Source of the DNA: an uncultured delta proteobacterium
GTDB taxonomy: Bacteria > Desulfobacterota > Desulfuromonadia > Geobacterales > Pseudopelobacteraceae
DNA length: 64,000 bases
Reading direction: 5' to 3'
NCBI GenBank assembly: GCA_963772835.1
Contig: CAVYYZ010000003.1
Location: forward strand, 160,001-224,000
Shown here: one piece after another, positions 33,198 to 42,502 of the stretch
How positions within the stretch are numbered: the first letter of the stretch is position 1
Layout: the number at the start of each line of letters is the position of its first letter
Made by a program: the position numbers and the translations under genes
Notes under the pieces: model-generated
The model's input: the letters and a program-made list of their open reading frames with translations, nothing else
Told to the model about the DNA's origin: nothing
The model's database searches: none

Positions 33198-34622
33198 ATG
33201 GGACCGTTCAGAACTGATAAAAATATGTGTTCGCTGCTGATAGTGCTCGCAAGCATCCTGTTCGCAGGGTTTGCCACCGCCGGGGTTACCACTGATGTAA
33301 CCGTCAATAAAAGTGTCCTCCTCAACCTGCAAACGCCGTCCGAGAGGGTTTCCATAGCAACGCCGTCAATAGCGGAGCTGATTGTCATCTCGCCGACCCA
33401 GTTGCAGATAAACGGCACAAAGATCGGGTCCACCTCGCTGATTGTCTGGGAAAAGGGTGGCAAAACATCCTTTTTCGACATCAGGGTTAAAGGGGATATT
33501 ACCCTGCTGGAAAAGCAGATCAGGGAGATTGCTCCCAATGACAGTATAACAGTGGATTATGCCAATGACACCATCGTCCTTTCGGGCAAGGCTGCTAACG
33601 ACCAGACTATTGAGAAGGTGTACCAGATTGCCACGGCGTATGCAGCAAAAGAAACCGGCTCTATTTCTGGTCAGATTGGCGGCCAGCCGGATATCCGTCA
33701 ATCTGGTGAAGCTAATGATAAAAAATACGGCGGTACCCTGGCAGCGATCAGTACGACGGGGAAAAGCCCTCAATTGAATGATTTAAAGTTGAAAATTTTC
33801 AATCATATACAAGTTGATGATCCCCAGCAGGTACTTCTGGAGGTTAAGGTGGCTCAGGTTGACAAGAATGCTTTGAGATCGTTGGGCATCAGCATGTTGA
33901 TCAAAGGAGCTAGCGGAGAAGGCTTTTTAAATATGGTCGGTGCAACGGACGGCAGCATTAGTGGTACTACCCAGAGTTTGGGTGGCATCACTACACTCGA
34001 TTCCTATCAATTGGGCGGTTCGATATTTAAATCCGGAATCGGCGGTGTGCTTAAGGCACTTGCAACAAAGAAACTGGCCAAGATACTGGCGGAACCAAAT
34101 CTGCTGGTTAAGAGCGGCCAGGAAGGTAATTTTCTTGCCGGCAAAAAATTCTATTTCCCCGTTGTCACCAATGATACGACAAGTGTCCTGGAGATAAAAG
34201 TCGGCATCATTCTGAAATTCAAGCCGGTTGTTATGGAAAACGGCCTGATCTCCCTTAAGATAGATCCGGCCGAAGTCAGCAGTATATTAGGCTATATGCC
34301 CGGAAATAATTATCCGATTGTCGACTCCCGTGAGATACGATCCGACGTGCAGTTGAAAGACGGCGAGAGTCTGGTGCTTGCCGGACTGCTTCAGGAAGAG
34401 ACGATCAAGAGCATGTCGAAAATCCCGTTATTGGGTGACATTCCAATACTTGGCGCCCTGTTCCGCTCGACGGAGGATGATCTGAAAGAAAAGGAACTGG
34501 TATTCTTCATTACTCCGAGGCTTGTCAAAGCAAACGCTCCGGATTTCAAGCCAGTGTTGCCGACTGACAAGTCGACGACAGAGGAAGAGAAGGAGTTGAA
34601 ATGGATTCCACTCATAAATTAG
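33198..34622 (+). CDS. cpaC: Tad secretin CpaC/RcpA
   Basis: N-domain GSTSLIVW, QVLLEVKVAQV, LAEPNL, FLAG, KIPLLGDIPILGALFRS, ELVFFITPRLV. Confidence 0.93.
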   Translation: MGPFRTDKNMCSLLIVLASILFAGFATAGVTTDVTVNKSVLLNLQTPSERVSIATPSIAELIVISPTQLQINGTKIGSTSLIVWEKGGKTSFFDIRVKGDITLLEKQIREIAPNDSITVDYANDTIVLSGKAANDQTIEKVYQIATAYAAKETGSISGQIGGQPDIRQSGEANDKKYGGTLAAISTTGKSPQLNDLKLKIFNHIQVDDPQQVLLEVKVAQVDKNALRSLGISMLIKGASGEGFLNMVGATDGSISGTTQSLGGITTLDSYQLGGSIFKSGIGGVLKALATKKLAKILAEPNLLVKSGQEGNFLAGKKFYFPVVTNDTTSVLEIKVGIILKFKPVVMENGLISLKIDPAEVSSILGYMPGNNYPIVDSREIRSDVQLKDGESLVLAGLLQEETIKSMSKIPLLGDIPILGALFRSTEDDLKEKELVFFITPRLVKANAPDFKPVLPTDKSTTEEEKELKWIPLIN

Positions 34623-35668
34623 CTGTTACCAGTAACAACAAGGGCAGTGCGCTTGTATTCATCGCACTTGCAATTTTTGCTCTGGTTGCCGTTTTGGGAC
34701 TGTCCATTGATCTCGGTCATCTGTACGTGGTGCGCGGTGAACTTAAGAATGCCGCCGATGCATCTGCTCTGGCCGGAGCAGCAGTATTGTACAAAGATCC
34801 TCTTAATCCGGGCGCAACACCTGCACTTGATTTTACCAGAGCACGGACGGCCGCAACTAATTTTATCAGTCAAAACAAGTCGGACGGGATGAACCTTACA
34901 ACCGGTACAATTGGTACCGGCTATTGGAACTTTTCGCTCAATATTCTGGATCCGGAAAACATCACTCCGACGAGTCAACATGTTCCGGCGGTTACGGCGA
35001 CAATAAGTAGATCTTCAGGAAACAACGGCGGACCGGTTTCGACTTTTTTTGCGAAAGTATTTGGAGCCGATCAATCTGCGGTCAGTTCAAATCTGGCGAC
35101 ACGGCCGTCAGTAGCGGTTTCAGGCTTTCCCGGAACGGTTCCTGGTGGGTCACTCTTTCCAATGGCTCTTTCCAGCTGCATGACGGATCATTATTTTTCA
35201 CAGGATCCGCTTCCAAGTCCGGCGACAACGATTAATATCAGCTCCGTGTACATCCCCGGGGGGACCGGTTGTTATACCGGACAATGGACCTCATTTCAGC
35301 TTGATACAAACAATGTCCCCGATGTCACCGGCCTGATGAATACCGGTAACCCGGATCCGCTCCAAACCGGAGACGACATCTGGATTCAACCCGGCGCAAA
35401 AGCGGCGCTTTACAAGGAAGTAAACAACTGGCTGCCGTCAACCGGCGGAAAAGACGTTCTCATGGCTATTGTCGGTACCAGCAGCGGAGACATCAATACC
35501 CACGCTGAGATGAAGATAAAGGGATTTGCAACCTTTCACATTGATTCTGCAAACCAGGGTGCCAAGTATATCACCGGGCATTTTATCGAATATTATAAGG
35601 CTTACCCCGGGACCAGACCTGGTGGATCGGTTTCAAATACTGTGACGCCGCCTCTGATGGTTCAGTAG
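34601..35668 (+). CDS. tadG: TadG-like pilus tip/minor protein
   Basis: KG/SALVFIAL...SIDLGHLYVVRGELKNAADASALAGA (Tad domain). Confidence 0.85.
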   Translation: MDSTHKLAVTSNNKGSALVFIALAIFALVAVLGLSIDLGHLYVVRGELKNAADASALAGAAVLYKDPLNPGATPALDFTRARTAATNFISQNKSDGMNLTTGTIGTGYWNFSLNILDPENITPTSQHVPAVTATISRSSGNNGGPVSTFFAKVFGADQSAVSSNLATRPSVAVSGFPGTVPGGSLFPMALSSCMTDHYFSQDPLPSPATTINISSVYIPGGTGCYTGQWTSFQLDTNNVPDVTGLMNTGNPDPLQTGDDIWIQPGAKAALYKEVNNWLPSTGGKDVLMAIVGTSSGDINTHAEMKIKGFATFHIDSANQGAKYITGHFIEYYKAYPGTRPGGSVSNTVTPPLMVQ

Positions 35669-35696
35669 CAACATCACATAACACGGAATTATTCTT

Positions 35697-36851
35697 ATGA
35701 CGCCTGAACTATCGATAATATTACGGGAGAGCGACACCGGTGCCATTAACGACATTGCCGCGGTTCTCAAAACATTTGACGGCTCTGTTGGAAAGCCCGC
35801 TGTGGCAGCCGATTTCCAGGAGGTACTGGCGCTGATTAAAAACGGAGAGCCGCACGTCATTTTTCTGGAGGTTACGGACGTCGAACAGGGTGTGATCGAG
35901 ACGACCTCTCTGGTTTCACGATTTTCGCAGACTACGGTGATTGTCACTGCGACTGAGAAAAATTCCGACTGGATATTACGGCTGATCCGGGCCGGAGCCA
36001 GTGAATACCTGACGAAACCGATCATTCCCTCAGAACTTGCAGCCGCTATCCATAAGGTCACGAGACTCCGTGCTCAGAATAACGAATCTTCCGGTCAAAA
36101 GGGCACCGTCATCGCCGTCTATAACCCGTCCGCAGGAATGGGAACAACGACGATTGCCGTCAATCTTGCCGCTTCCCTGTCAGCGCGGGGGGAGAAAGTT
36201 GTCCTGGTTGATCTGAACCTTTTTTCAGGAGATGTTACGGCCTTTCTTGACCTCACTCCACGCTATACGCTGGCGAGCATCACCTCCCGCCCGGGACAGG
36301 TTGACGCCAGCTTTCTCAGGAGCGTTATTGTCCCTCACTCTTCCGGAGTGCATGTCCTCTGCGGACCGGTGGATCTGGGTGAAGCGGACAGGATACAGCC
36401 GGGACAGCTCCGGGACGTTATTGCCGTGCTTCAGGGAATCTATTCGTACACCATTATCGATGCCGGTGGGCAGCTCTTCGGCTGTAATCTGGCAACGTTT
36501 GAAAGTTCGGACAAAGTCCTGTTCGTCACGCTCCTGAATCTGCCGGCGCTTAAAAATGCGAAACGGTACCTTGCGGCTATGAGCAGCGAGGGATTGGGCC
36601 CTGACAAGGTTAAGCTGATCATAAACAGGCATTTACCAAAAGACGACATCAAGGTTGCCGATGCTGAAAAAGTCCTCAATACACGGACTTATCTGACCGT
36701 TCCAAATGCCTTTGCGGATGTTAAAACAGCAATAAATAAAGGGGTGCCGTTGACAGTATGTAATCCCCGGTCTCCGGTGATGAAGGCAATGGATGATCTG
36801 GCAAAACAGATACATTTGGATACAGCTGACAGAAGCATATCTATCTGGTAA
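35697..36851 (+). CDS. cpaE: CpaE/TadZ (atypical REC + MinD-like ATPase)
   Basis: LIRAGASEYLTKP, SAGMGTTTIAVNLA, LVDLNL, AINKGVP. Confidence 0.9.
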   Translation: MTPELSIILRESDTGAINDIAAVLKTFDGSVGKPAVAADFQEVLALIKNGEPHVIFLEVTDVEQGVIETTSLVSRFSQTTVIVTATEKNSDWILRLIRAGASEYLTKPIIPSELAAAIHKVTRLRAQNNESSGQKGTVIAVYNPSAGMGTTTIAVNLAASLSARGEKVVLVDLNLFSGDVTAFLDLTPRYTLASITSRPGQVDASFLRSVIVPHSSGVHVLCGPVDLGEADRIQPGQLRDVIAVLQGIYSYTIIDAGGQLFGCNLATFESSDKVLFVTLLNLPALKNAKRYLAAMSSEGLGPDKVKLIINRHLPKDDIKVADAEKVLNTRTYLTVPNAFADVKTAINKGVPLTVCNPRSPVMKAMDDLAKQIHLDTADRSISIW

Positions 36852-36864
36852 GAGGTGATCTGAC

Positions 36865-38190
36865 ATGGTATTTCCCCTTAACGGTACTACTCTTAATAAT
36901 CATTCAGCCGACGAAGTTGCTTCTACTTTTCAGGAATTGAAGAGCCGTATCCATCGCCTGCTCATCGAGCGCATTGATCTCAGCAAGCTTGATCTGCTTC
37001 GTAACGGCGAGCTTGAGAGAGAAATCGGGCTTGTGATTGAAACACTCATTGCTGAAGAGGGTGTACCGTTAAGCCGACAGGAAAAGGAGCGTCTGGTTAT
37101 TGAAGTACAGCATGAAACCTTTGGTCTCGGGCCGATAGAACCGCTTCTGAGTTCTCCGGACATCTCCGATATTCTTGTCAACAACTACGCCAGTACCTAT
37201 ATTGAACGTCATGGGAAACTTGAAAAAACCGATATCGTTTTCCGTGATAATAATCATCTGCTGCAGATTATCGAAAGAATCGTTTCCCGGGTCGGGCGCA
37301 GAATCGACGAGTCGTCTCCCTATGTGGATGCCCGACTTCCGGATGGTTCCCGAATTAACGCCATTATTCCGCCTCTGGCCATAGACGGCCCGGTTCTCTC
37401 CATCCGCCGTTTCGGATTGATTCCTCTCAAAATGGCAGACCTGCTGGCGCTGGGTACGTTTGACCAGCGGATTGCAAAAATAATCGAAGGAGCGGTGAAG
37501 TCCCGACTCAATATTCTGATCTGCGGCGGTACCGGAACCGGTAAAACGACACTCCTCAACGTCATCTCCGAGTTTATACCCGACGATGAACGTATCATTA
37601 CTATTGAAGATTCAGCCGAACTTCAGCTGAAACAGGATCACGTCGTACGTCTGGAAACCCGTCCGGCAAATATCGAAGGTTCCGGCCAGGTAACCCAGCG
37701 TGATCTGGTTCGTAACAGTCTGCGCATGCGGCCGAACCGGATAATCCTCGGGGAGGTGCGAGGCGGCGAGGCACTGGATATGCTTCAGGCGATGAATACC
37801 GGCCACGACGGATCAATCTCCACCATCCATGCGAATACGGTACGGGATGCAATGGCGCGTCTGGCCACCATGGTCATGATGGCCGGGATGGAACTTCCGG
37901 ACAGGGCTATCAGGGAGCAGATCGCTTCTGCCATCAACATGATTATCCATCTGGTACGATTTCCTGACGGGTCGCGTAAAATCGTCAAGGTTTCTGAGAT
38001 TACCGGTATGGAGGGAAATACCATCGTGATGCAGGATATCTTCCTGTTTGAACAGAAAGGCATCGATCAGGAAGGCAGGGTGTTGGGAGAATTCAAGGCA
38101 ACCGGTGTAAGACCGACGTTCGCCGAACGGTTCAAGCTTTCCGGGTTTGATCTGCCGCCTGAAATTTTTGAAGGGAGGTCCTCCAGATGA
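36865..38190 (+). CDS. cpaF: Tad assembly ATPase CpaF/TadA
   Basis: [55 protein letters not shown]. Confidence 0.96.
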   Translation: MVFPLNGTTLNNHSADEVASTFQELKSRIHRLLIERIDLSKLDLLRNGELEREIGLVIETLIAEEGVPLSRQEKERLVIEVQHETFGLGPIEPLLSSPDISDILVNNYASTYIERHGKLEKTDIVFRDNNHLLQIIERIVSRVGRRIDESSPYVDARLPDGSRINAIIPPLAIDGPVLSIRRFGLIPLKMADLLALGTFDQRIAKIIEGAVKSRLNILICGGTGTGKTTLLNVISEFIPDDERIITIEDSAELQLKQDHVVRLETRPANIEGSGQVTQRDLVRNSLRMRPNRIILGEVRGGEALDMLQAMNTGHDGSISTIHANTVRDAMARLATMVMMAGMELPDRAIREQIASAINMIIHLVRFPDGSRKIVKVSEITGMEGNTIVMQDIFLFEQKGIDQEGRVLGEFKATGVRPTFAERFKLSGFDLPPEIFEGRSSR

Positions 38191-39146
38191 TGATCGTAGT
38201 TGTACTGATATTTATCTCGGTATTTCTGGCCCTGTTTGCTCTTTTTTCAGCCGTCCAGACGGCACGGCAATCACCGGAGGCGGAATTGAAACGGAGATTG
38301 CGACGTATGACCGCACGCAGTGATGCAACTGCTTCCGGGGCTTTTACGAGTGAAATTCTTCGGGAAACAGATCGCTCTGAAAAATTCATATATCATCTGC
38401 CTCTGCTGGGAGCGATCAAAATACTGGTTGTGCATTCCGGCGTCCGTATCACTCTTTCAATTTATATTTTACTGTCCGGGATTGCAGCCCTGTCAGGTTT
38501 TACCGTTGTATATATCTTGAGTAAAAATATTATTGCCGCATTTCCGGCGTTGGTACTGTGCGGAATGATTCCGTTTGCGTATCTCGTATTTCGCAAACAT
38601 GAACGTCGGAAATTATTCGACGAACAGTTGCCGGATGCTCTTACGATGGTGGCGCGCTCTCTCAGGGCCGGACATTCGCTGCCGGGAGCAATAGAGCTGA
38701 TCAGTCAGGAAATGCCGGAGCCGACGGGCGGTCTGTTTAAAACAGCCTACGATCAGCAGTTGCTCGGCATGAGAATTACCGACTCTTTGAGATCAATGCT
38801 GGAAAAGATTGAAAGTGCCGATCTGAACTTCTTTGTCACGATCATCAGAATAAATAGCGAAACCGGCGGTAATCTGGCGGAAATTCTCGACAAACTTGCC
38901 GATACGGTCAGGTCACGGCTGCAGGTCCGGCGGCAGGTCAAAGTCTATTCCGCTCAAGGTCGATTGTCGGGGTATATTCTTACTGCATTGCCGGTAGTTG
39001 TGTTCATCGCGTTTAATTTCCTGAATCCCGGATATATGAACGTGTTTTTCACAGAAAAAATCTGCCAGCTCGCTCTGGTTTTTGCGCTGCTCGCTCAATG
39101 TGCCGGATTTATGATGATAAGGAAAATTGTTGATATCCGAATATAG
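38187..39146 (+). CDS. tadB: TadB inner-membrane platform protein
   Basis: [40 protein letters not shown]. Confidence 0.93.
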   Translation: MMIVVVLIFISVFLALFALFSAVQTARQSPEAELKRRLRRMTARSDATASGAFTSEILRETDRSEKFIYHLPLLGAIKILVVHSGVRITLSIYILLSGIAALSGFTVVYILSKNIIAAFPALVLCGMIPFAYLVFRKHERRKLFDEQLPDALTMVARSLRAGHSLPGAIELISQEMPEPTGGLFKTAYDQQLLGMRITDSLRSMLEKIESADLNFFVTIIRINSETGGNLAEILDKLADTVRSRLQVRRQVKVYSAQGRLSGYILTALPVVVFIAFNFLNPGYMNVFFTEKICQLALVFALLAQCAGFMMIRKIVDIRI

Positions 39147-39167
39147 TTTTGTCTGTTAGGAGGAAGC

Positions 39168-40079
39168 ATGCTCACGCTCATCACCATATCAATTTTTGCA
39201 AGTGTGGCACTTCTCGCCGGAGCTTTGCTCTACCCGATGTTGAGTAAACGGGACGCAGTCAGGGAACGGGTGGCGGGGCTCATGTCGTATGAGGAGGAAC
39301 AGCCGAAACTTGTGCCGACACCCACTAAATGGCAGCAGTTTCTTTCTGAAATGGGCGGCAGGCTGAAAACGAAACCGGCGGAACTGAGTACCTACAGGGG
39401 AATGCTCACCGCTTCAGGTTTCAGGTCCGATGCGGTATATCTTTTTCTGGGGTGTAAACTGCTTCTGGCAGCGGCTTTACCGACCATTTACCTGACACTG
39501 ATTGCATTGCCGCAGGGAAAGATGCCAGGCAGTTCATTGCTGGTGGCAGTCGCATGTGCCATCGGCGGATATCTGCTGCCGACCTTCTGGCTGAGACGTA
39601 CAGCAGAACTTCGAAAAACAGAGATATTTCACTCGCTGCCGGATGTTCTTGATCTGCTGACGGTGTGTGTGGAGGCAGGACTCAGTCTGGACGCCGCCTT
39701 GATAAAAACTGCGGAAAATTATCAGCAGAAAGACAATCCGCTTATCAAGGAAATCAATACCGTAACACGGGAGATCCGTGTAGGTAAACCGAGGCAGGAG
39801 GCATTGAAAGGTCTTGCCGAACGGACAATGGTCGACGATATCAAGGCGTTTGTCGCCATGCTGGTGCAGACGGAGAAATTCGGCACCAGCCTCGGCAGAA
39901 CCCTGCGCACCTATTCCGACTCGCTGCGCATGAAAAGAAAACAGCTGGCCGAAGAACGGGCGGCTAAAACTGCCATCAAGATGCTTTTCCCCCTGACAAT
40001 ATGTGTGTTCCCGGCTTTGCTGGTGGTCATGCTGGTGCCGGCTTTTTTCAAGATTTCCAGCATGTTCAGTAAATTCTAA
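39168..40079 (+). CDS. tadC: TadC inner-membrane platform protein
   Basis: LPDVLDLLTVCVEAGLSLDAA, QTEKFGTSL, AEERAAK, KMLFPL. Confidence 0.93.
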   Translation: MLTLITISIFASVALLAGALLYPMLSKRDAVRERVAGLMSYEEEQPKLVPTPTKWQQFLSEMGGRLKTKPAELSTYRGMLTASGFRSDAVYLFLGCKLLLAAALPTIYLTLIALPQGKMPGSSLLVAVACAIGGYLLPTFWLRRTAELRKTEIFHSLPDVLDLLTVCVEAGLSLDAALIKTAENYQQKDNPLIKEINTVTREIRVGKPRQEALKGLAERTMVDDIKAFVAMLVQTEKFGTSLGRTLRTYSDSLRMKRKQLAEERAAKTAIKMLFPLTICVFPALLVVMLVPAFFKISSMFSKF

Positions 40080-40093
40080 AACCGGTAGATACG

Positions 40094-40435
40094 ATGAAGG
40101 CAATCAATATCACAAACGACAATGAGCTTGCTGACGATCTGACCCTTGCCGAGACGCTTTTCAGTCGGATGGTCGGACTGCTTGGCAGAAAAACCCTCGA
40201 TTTTGGTAAAGGGCTATGGATCAAACCGTGCAAAGGAGTACATTCATTCGGCATGCATTTTCCGATAGATGTCGTGTTTCTCGACCACCTTCTGCACGTC
40301 GTTGCAGTCTCACATTCATTGCCGCCAAACCGCCTTACCGGTCTGTATCTGAATGCGGCAAGTGTCCTGGAACTCCCAGCCGGCACGGTGGAGGATACTG
40401 CAACGGCTACCGGAGATCGAATCTGTATTACATAG
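40094..40435 (+). CDS. DUF192 family protein
   Basis: RMVGLLGR, HSFGMHFPIDVVFLD, VLELPAG. Confidence 0.88.
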   Translation: MKAINITNDNELADDLTLAETLFSRMVGLLGRKTLDFGKGLWIKPCKGVHSFGMHFPIDVVFLDHLLHVVAVSHSLPPNRLTGLYLNAASVLELPAGTVEDTATATGDRICIT

Positions 40436-40492
40436 GTTCAGATCTAACCCGGCAGTCATCCAGACGCAGCAGAGCCTCACATCGGGAGCAGG

Positions 40493-42253
40493 ATGATGGA
40501 GCCAGGATCATTTGATAGTATCCGTACTGCCGGAGATCTGCACAAAGAAGTGATCTTTTATGTGTCTGCCTGCGAAGTTCCGTCTCATCCGCAGCAGGTC
40601 AAACTGACGGATCGTTCCTGGCCGTTTTTATGTTCTTTTATTCTGCATGCAGTTTTCATCGCGATTATCTGCAACCCTGCGTTCCAATACCCGATAGTGA
40701 TAAGCAGCGAAACCGCCACCTTCTGGTTTTACCCGATGTCACCTCCTGCCTACAGCGCAGAGACAGATATGTCTCAACTCAATCCGCCGGTATCTCCTGC
40801 TGTACAGCAGGAAACTCCAGGAGGTGAACCCGGCAGTCAATTTAAGGCGCCTCCGGAGGTTTCTGATCGGGTTGATCTTCCTGAGTCTTCACCTGAAACG
40901 TCCGCTTTGCCATCCGAACCGGCACTCACCGTTGCCACGCCGCCACCGGTGAAAAAAACCGCCGAAGCAGCTAAATCATCAAAGCAACCAATGCCGCCGC
41001 GCAACACCACACCTCTGATTGCAGCGGCACCGATTAAAATCACAACCGTGCCGAAGGAAACTGAACCGGAATCAGAGCGTGCTCTTCCGGCTATTGACCC
41101 GGTCGTGCCCGGGAAAGATGTGAATAAATTATCCCGCGGTGAAAATGTGTTGAAAAGCGAGGGTGATTCAATTGCACAGCACAATATCGAACAAAAGCAG
41201 CAGGAAGCAGAAAAAGTGCGCCGTGATCAATTAGTTCGGGAACGGGAACAACAAGCCGCCCTGAACAGATTGGAACAGGAGCGCTTTGCAGTTGAGCAAA
41301 AACAGCAGAAACTTAAAGCTGCAGAAAAGGCACAGCGGGAACAGATAGCACGGGAGCAGGAACTACTGGCCATCCAGAACAGGTTGGAACAGGAACGCTT
41401 TGCCACTGAAAAAGAGAAGCAGAAACTACTGGCTGCTGAAAAAGCTCTGCGGGAACAGGAACAGCTTGCTGTCCGGAGCAGATTGGACAGGGAGCGCGCT
41501 GCGCTTGAAAAGGCCCGGCTGAAACAGCTGGCAGTCGAACAGGAACTCCGGAAAAAGAAACTTCTGGAAGAGGCGATACATAAACAGGAGTTGGAACGTG
41601 TTTCGCGCATTGCGGCAGAGCGCGCTGCTTCAGCTCTTGCCGCCCGTCAGAACAAATCGCTCCCTCAACACAATACAAAAGCATCAGAACCGCAGATTCC
41701 GGTAAAACAGGCAGAGAAACCCGTTGAAAAGAACGCTGCACAACAAATTGAAAAGCCACTTGATAAACCTATGTCAGTGGCCCTGCCACACATCAAGGGG
41801 GACATAAAGCTGGTTATGGCCGGTAAAGTTTTGCCCGGAGTCACTGTTACATTTACTGAATTTAAACAGTCGCGACGGGACAGGGCTCTCAGCAGGGCGG
41901 AATGGCGCCGGAGTACAATCATATCCCCGCTCATAGCACATGAACAGGAAACCACCCGCGAGGTAGTCATTGCCCGGGCTTCGCACGGTACGTACACGAT
42001 CACTGCCGAGCCGTCCAGCGAAGCGTCACACGTAACAGTTTCTCTGAAGCTGTATGAAGGGAGCTCCCGGGCTGTCAGCAGGGAGGTGGGCACATTTACC
42101 ATCTCCAGAAAGAGGGTTCTCTGTAAAATACTGATGCCCGAAGGGATTCTTTGGGATGACAATGCCGCTTTTTCCGGTAACATGGAGGATTCTGACGGCG
42201 TAATAAAGTTTAATACTGAGACCGGATTGATGTGGAAGGAGTATGCTGAGTAA
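40493..42253 (+). CDS. TolA/TonB-like membrane-anchored protein (SxxxH TM, Pro-rich linker, E/Q/K/R coiled coil, C-terminal globular domain)
   Basis: CSFILHAVFIAII TM; Pro-rich aa ~80-205; repeats NRLEQERFAxEKxKQKLxAAEKA. Confidence 0.6.
   Translation: MMEPGSFDSIRTAGDLHKEVIFYVSACEVPSHPQQVKLTDRSWPFLCSFILHAVFIAIICNPAFQYPIVISSETATFWFYPMSPPAYSAETDMSQLNPPVSPAVQQETPGGEPGSQFKAPPEVSDRVDLPESSPETSALPSEPALTVATPPPVKKTAEAAKSSKQPMPPRNTTPLIAAAPIKITTVPKETEPESERALPAIDPVVPGKDVNKLSRGENVLKSEGDSIAQHNIEQKQQEAEKVRRDQLVREREQQAALNRLEQERFAVEQKQQKLKAAEKAQREQIAREQELLAIQNRLEQERFATEKEKQKLLAAEKALREQEQLAVRSRLDRERAALEKARLKQLAVEQELRKKKLLEEAIHKQELERVSRIAAERAASALAARQNKSLPQHNTKASEPQIPVKQAEKPVEKNAAQQIEKPLDKPMSVALPHIKGDIKLVMAGKVLPGVTVTFTEFKQSRRDRALSRAEWRRSTIISPLIAHEQETTREVVIARASHGTYTITAEPSSEASHVTVSLKLYEGSSRAVSREVGTFTISRKRVLCKILMPEGILWDDNAAFSGNMEDSDGVIKFNTETGLMWKEYAE
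41264..41560 (+). repeat. Three imperfect in-frame coding repeats (114- and 99-nt spacing)
   Basis: aacagattggaacaggagcgc at 41264, aacaggttggaacaggaacgc at 41378, agcagattggacagggagcgc at 41477. Confidence 0.7.
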
Positions 42254-42320
42254 CGTGATACCGCTCAACTCTCTGCTTTTTCACTCATTGGTGTAATCAG
42301 CCCTCCCTGAATCGAACAAC

Positions 42321-42358
42321 CGTAAAAAACTCCCCGCTATGTGTCGAAATCCTTAACA
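42321..42358 (+). promoter_or_regulatory. Enhancer (PEP-CTERM-box-like), copy C
   Basis: CGTAAAAAACTCCCCGCTATG + 17-mer TGTCGAAATCCTTAACA, 60 nt upstream of the sigma54 site. Confidence 0.7.
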
Positions 42359-42418
42359 AATATACATCATCTCAGACATAAATAAGATTATTAACTTGCA
42401 ATTACAGCATGTTGTAGT

Positions 42419-42435
42419 TTGGCATGTGTCTTGCG
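42419..42435 (+). promoter_or_regulatory. Sigma54 promoter of the DUF4082 gene array
   Basis: TTGGCAT-GTGTC-TTGCG, consensus. Confidence 0.85.
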
Positions 42436-42502
42436 ATATGTATCGTGATGGTATATGCCTATCGACCCGATCAGACTAAAACGCCATTCAGGAGGCGGTA
42501 TC

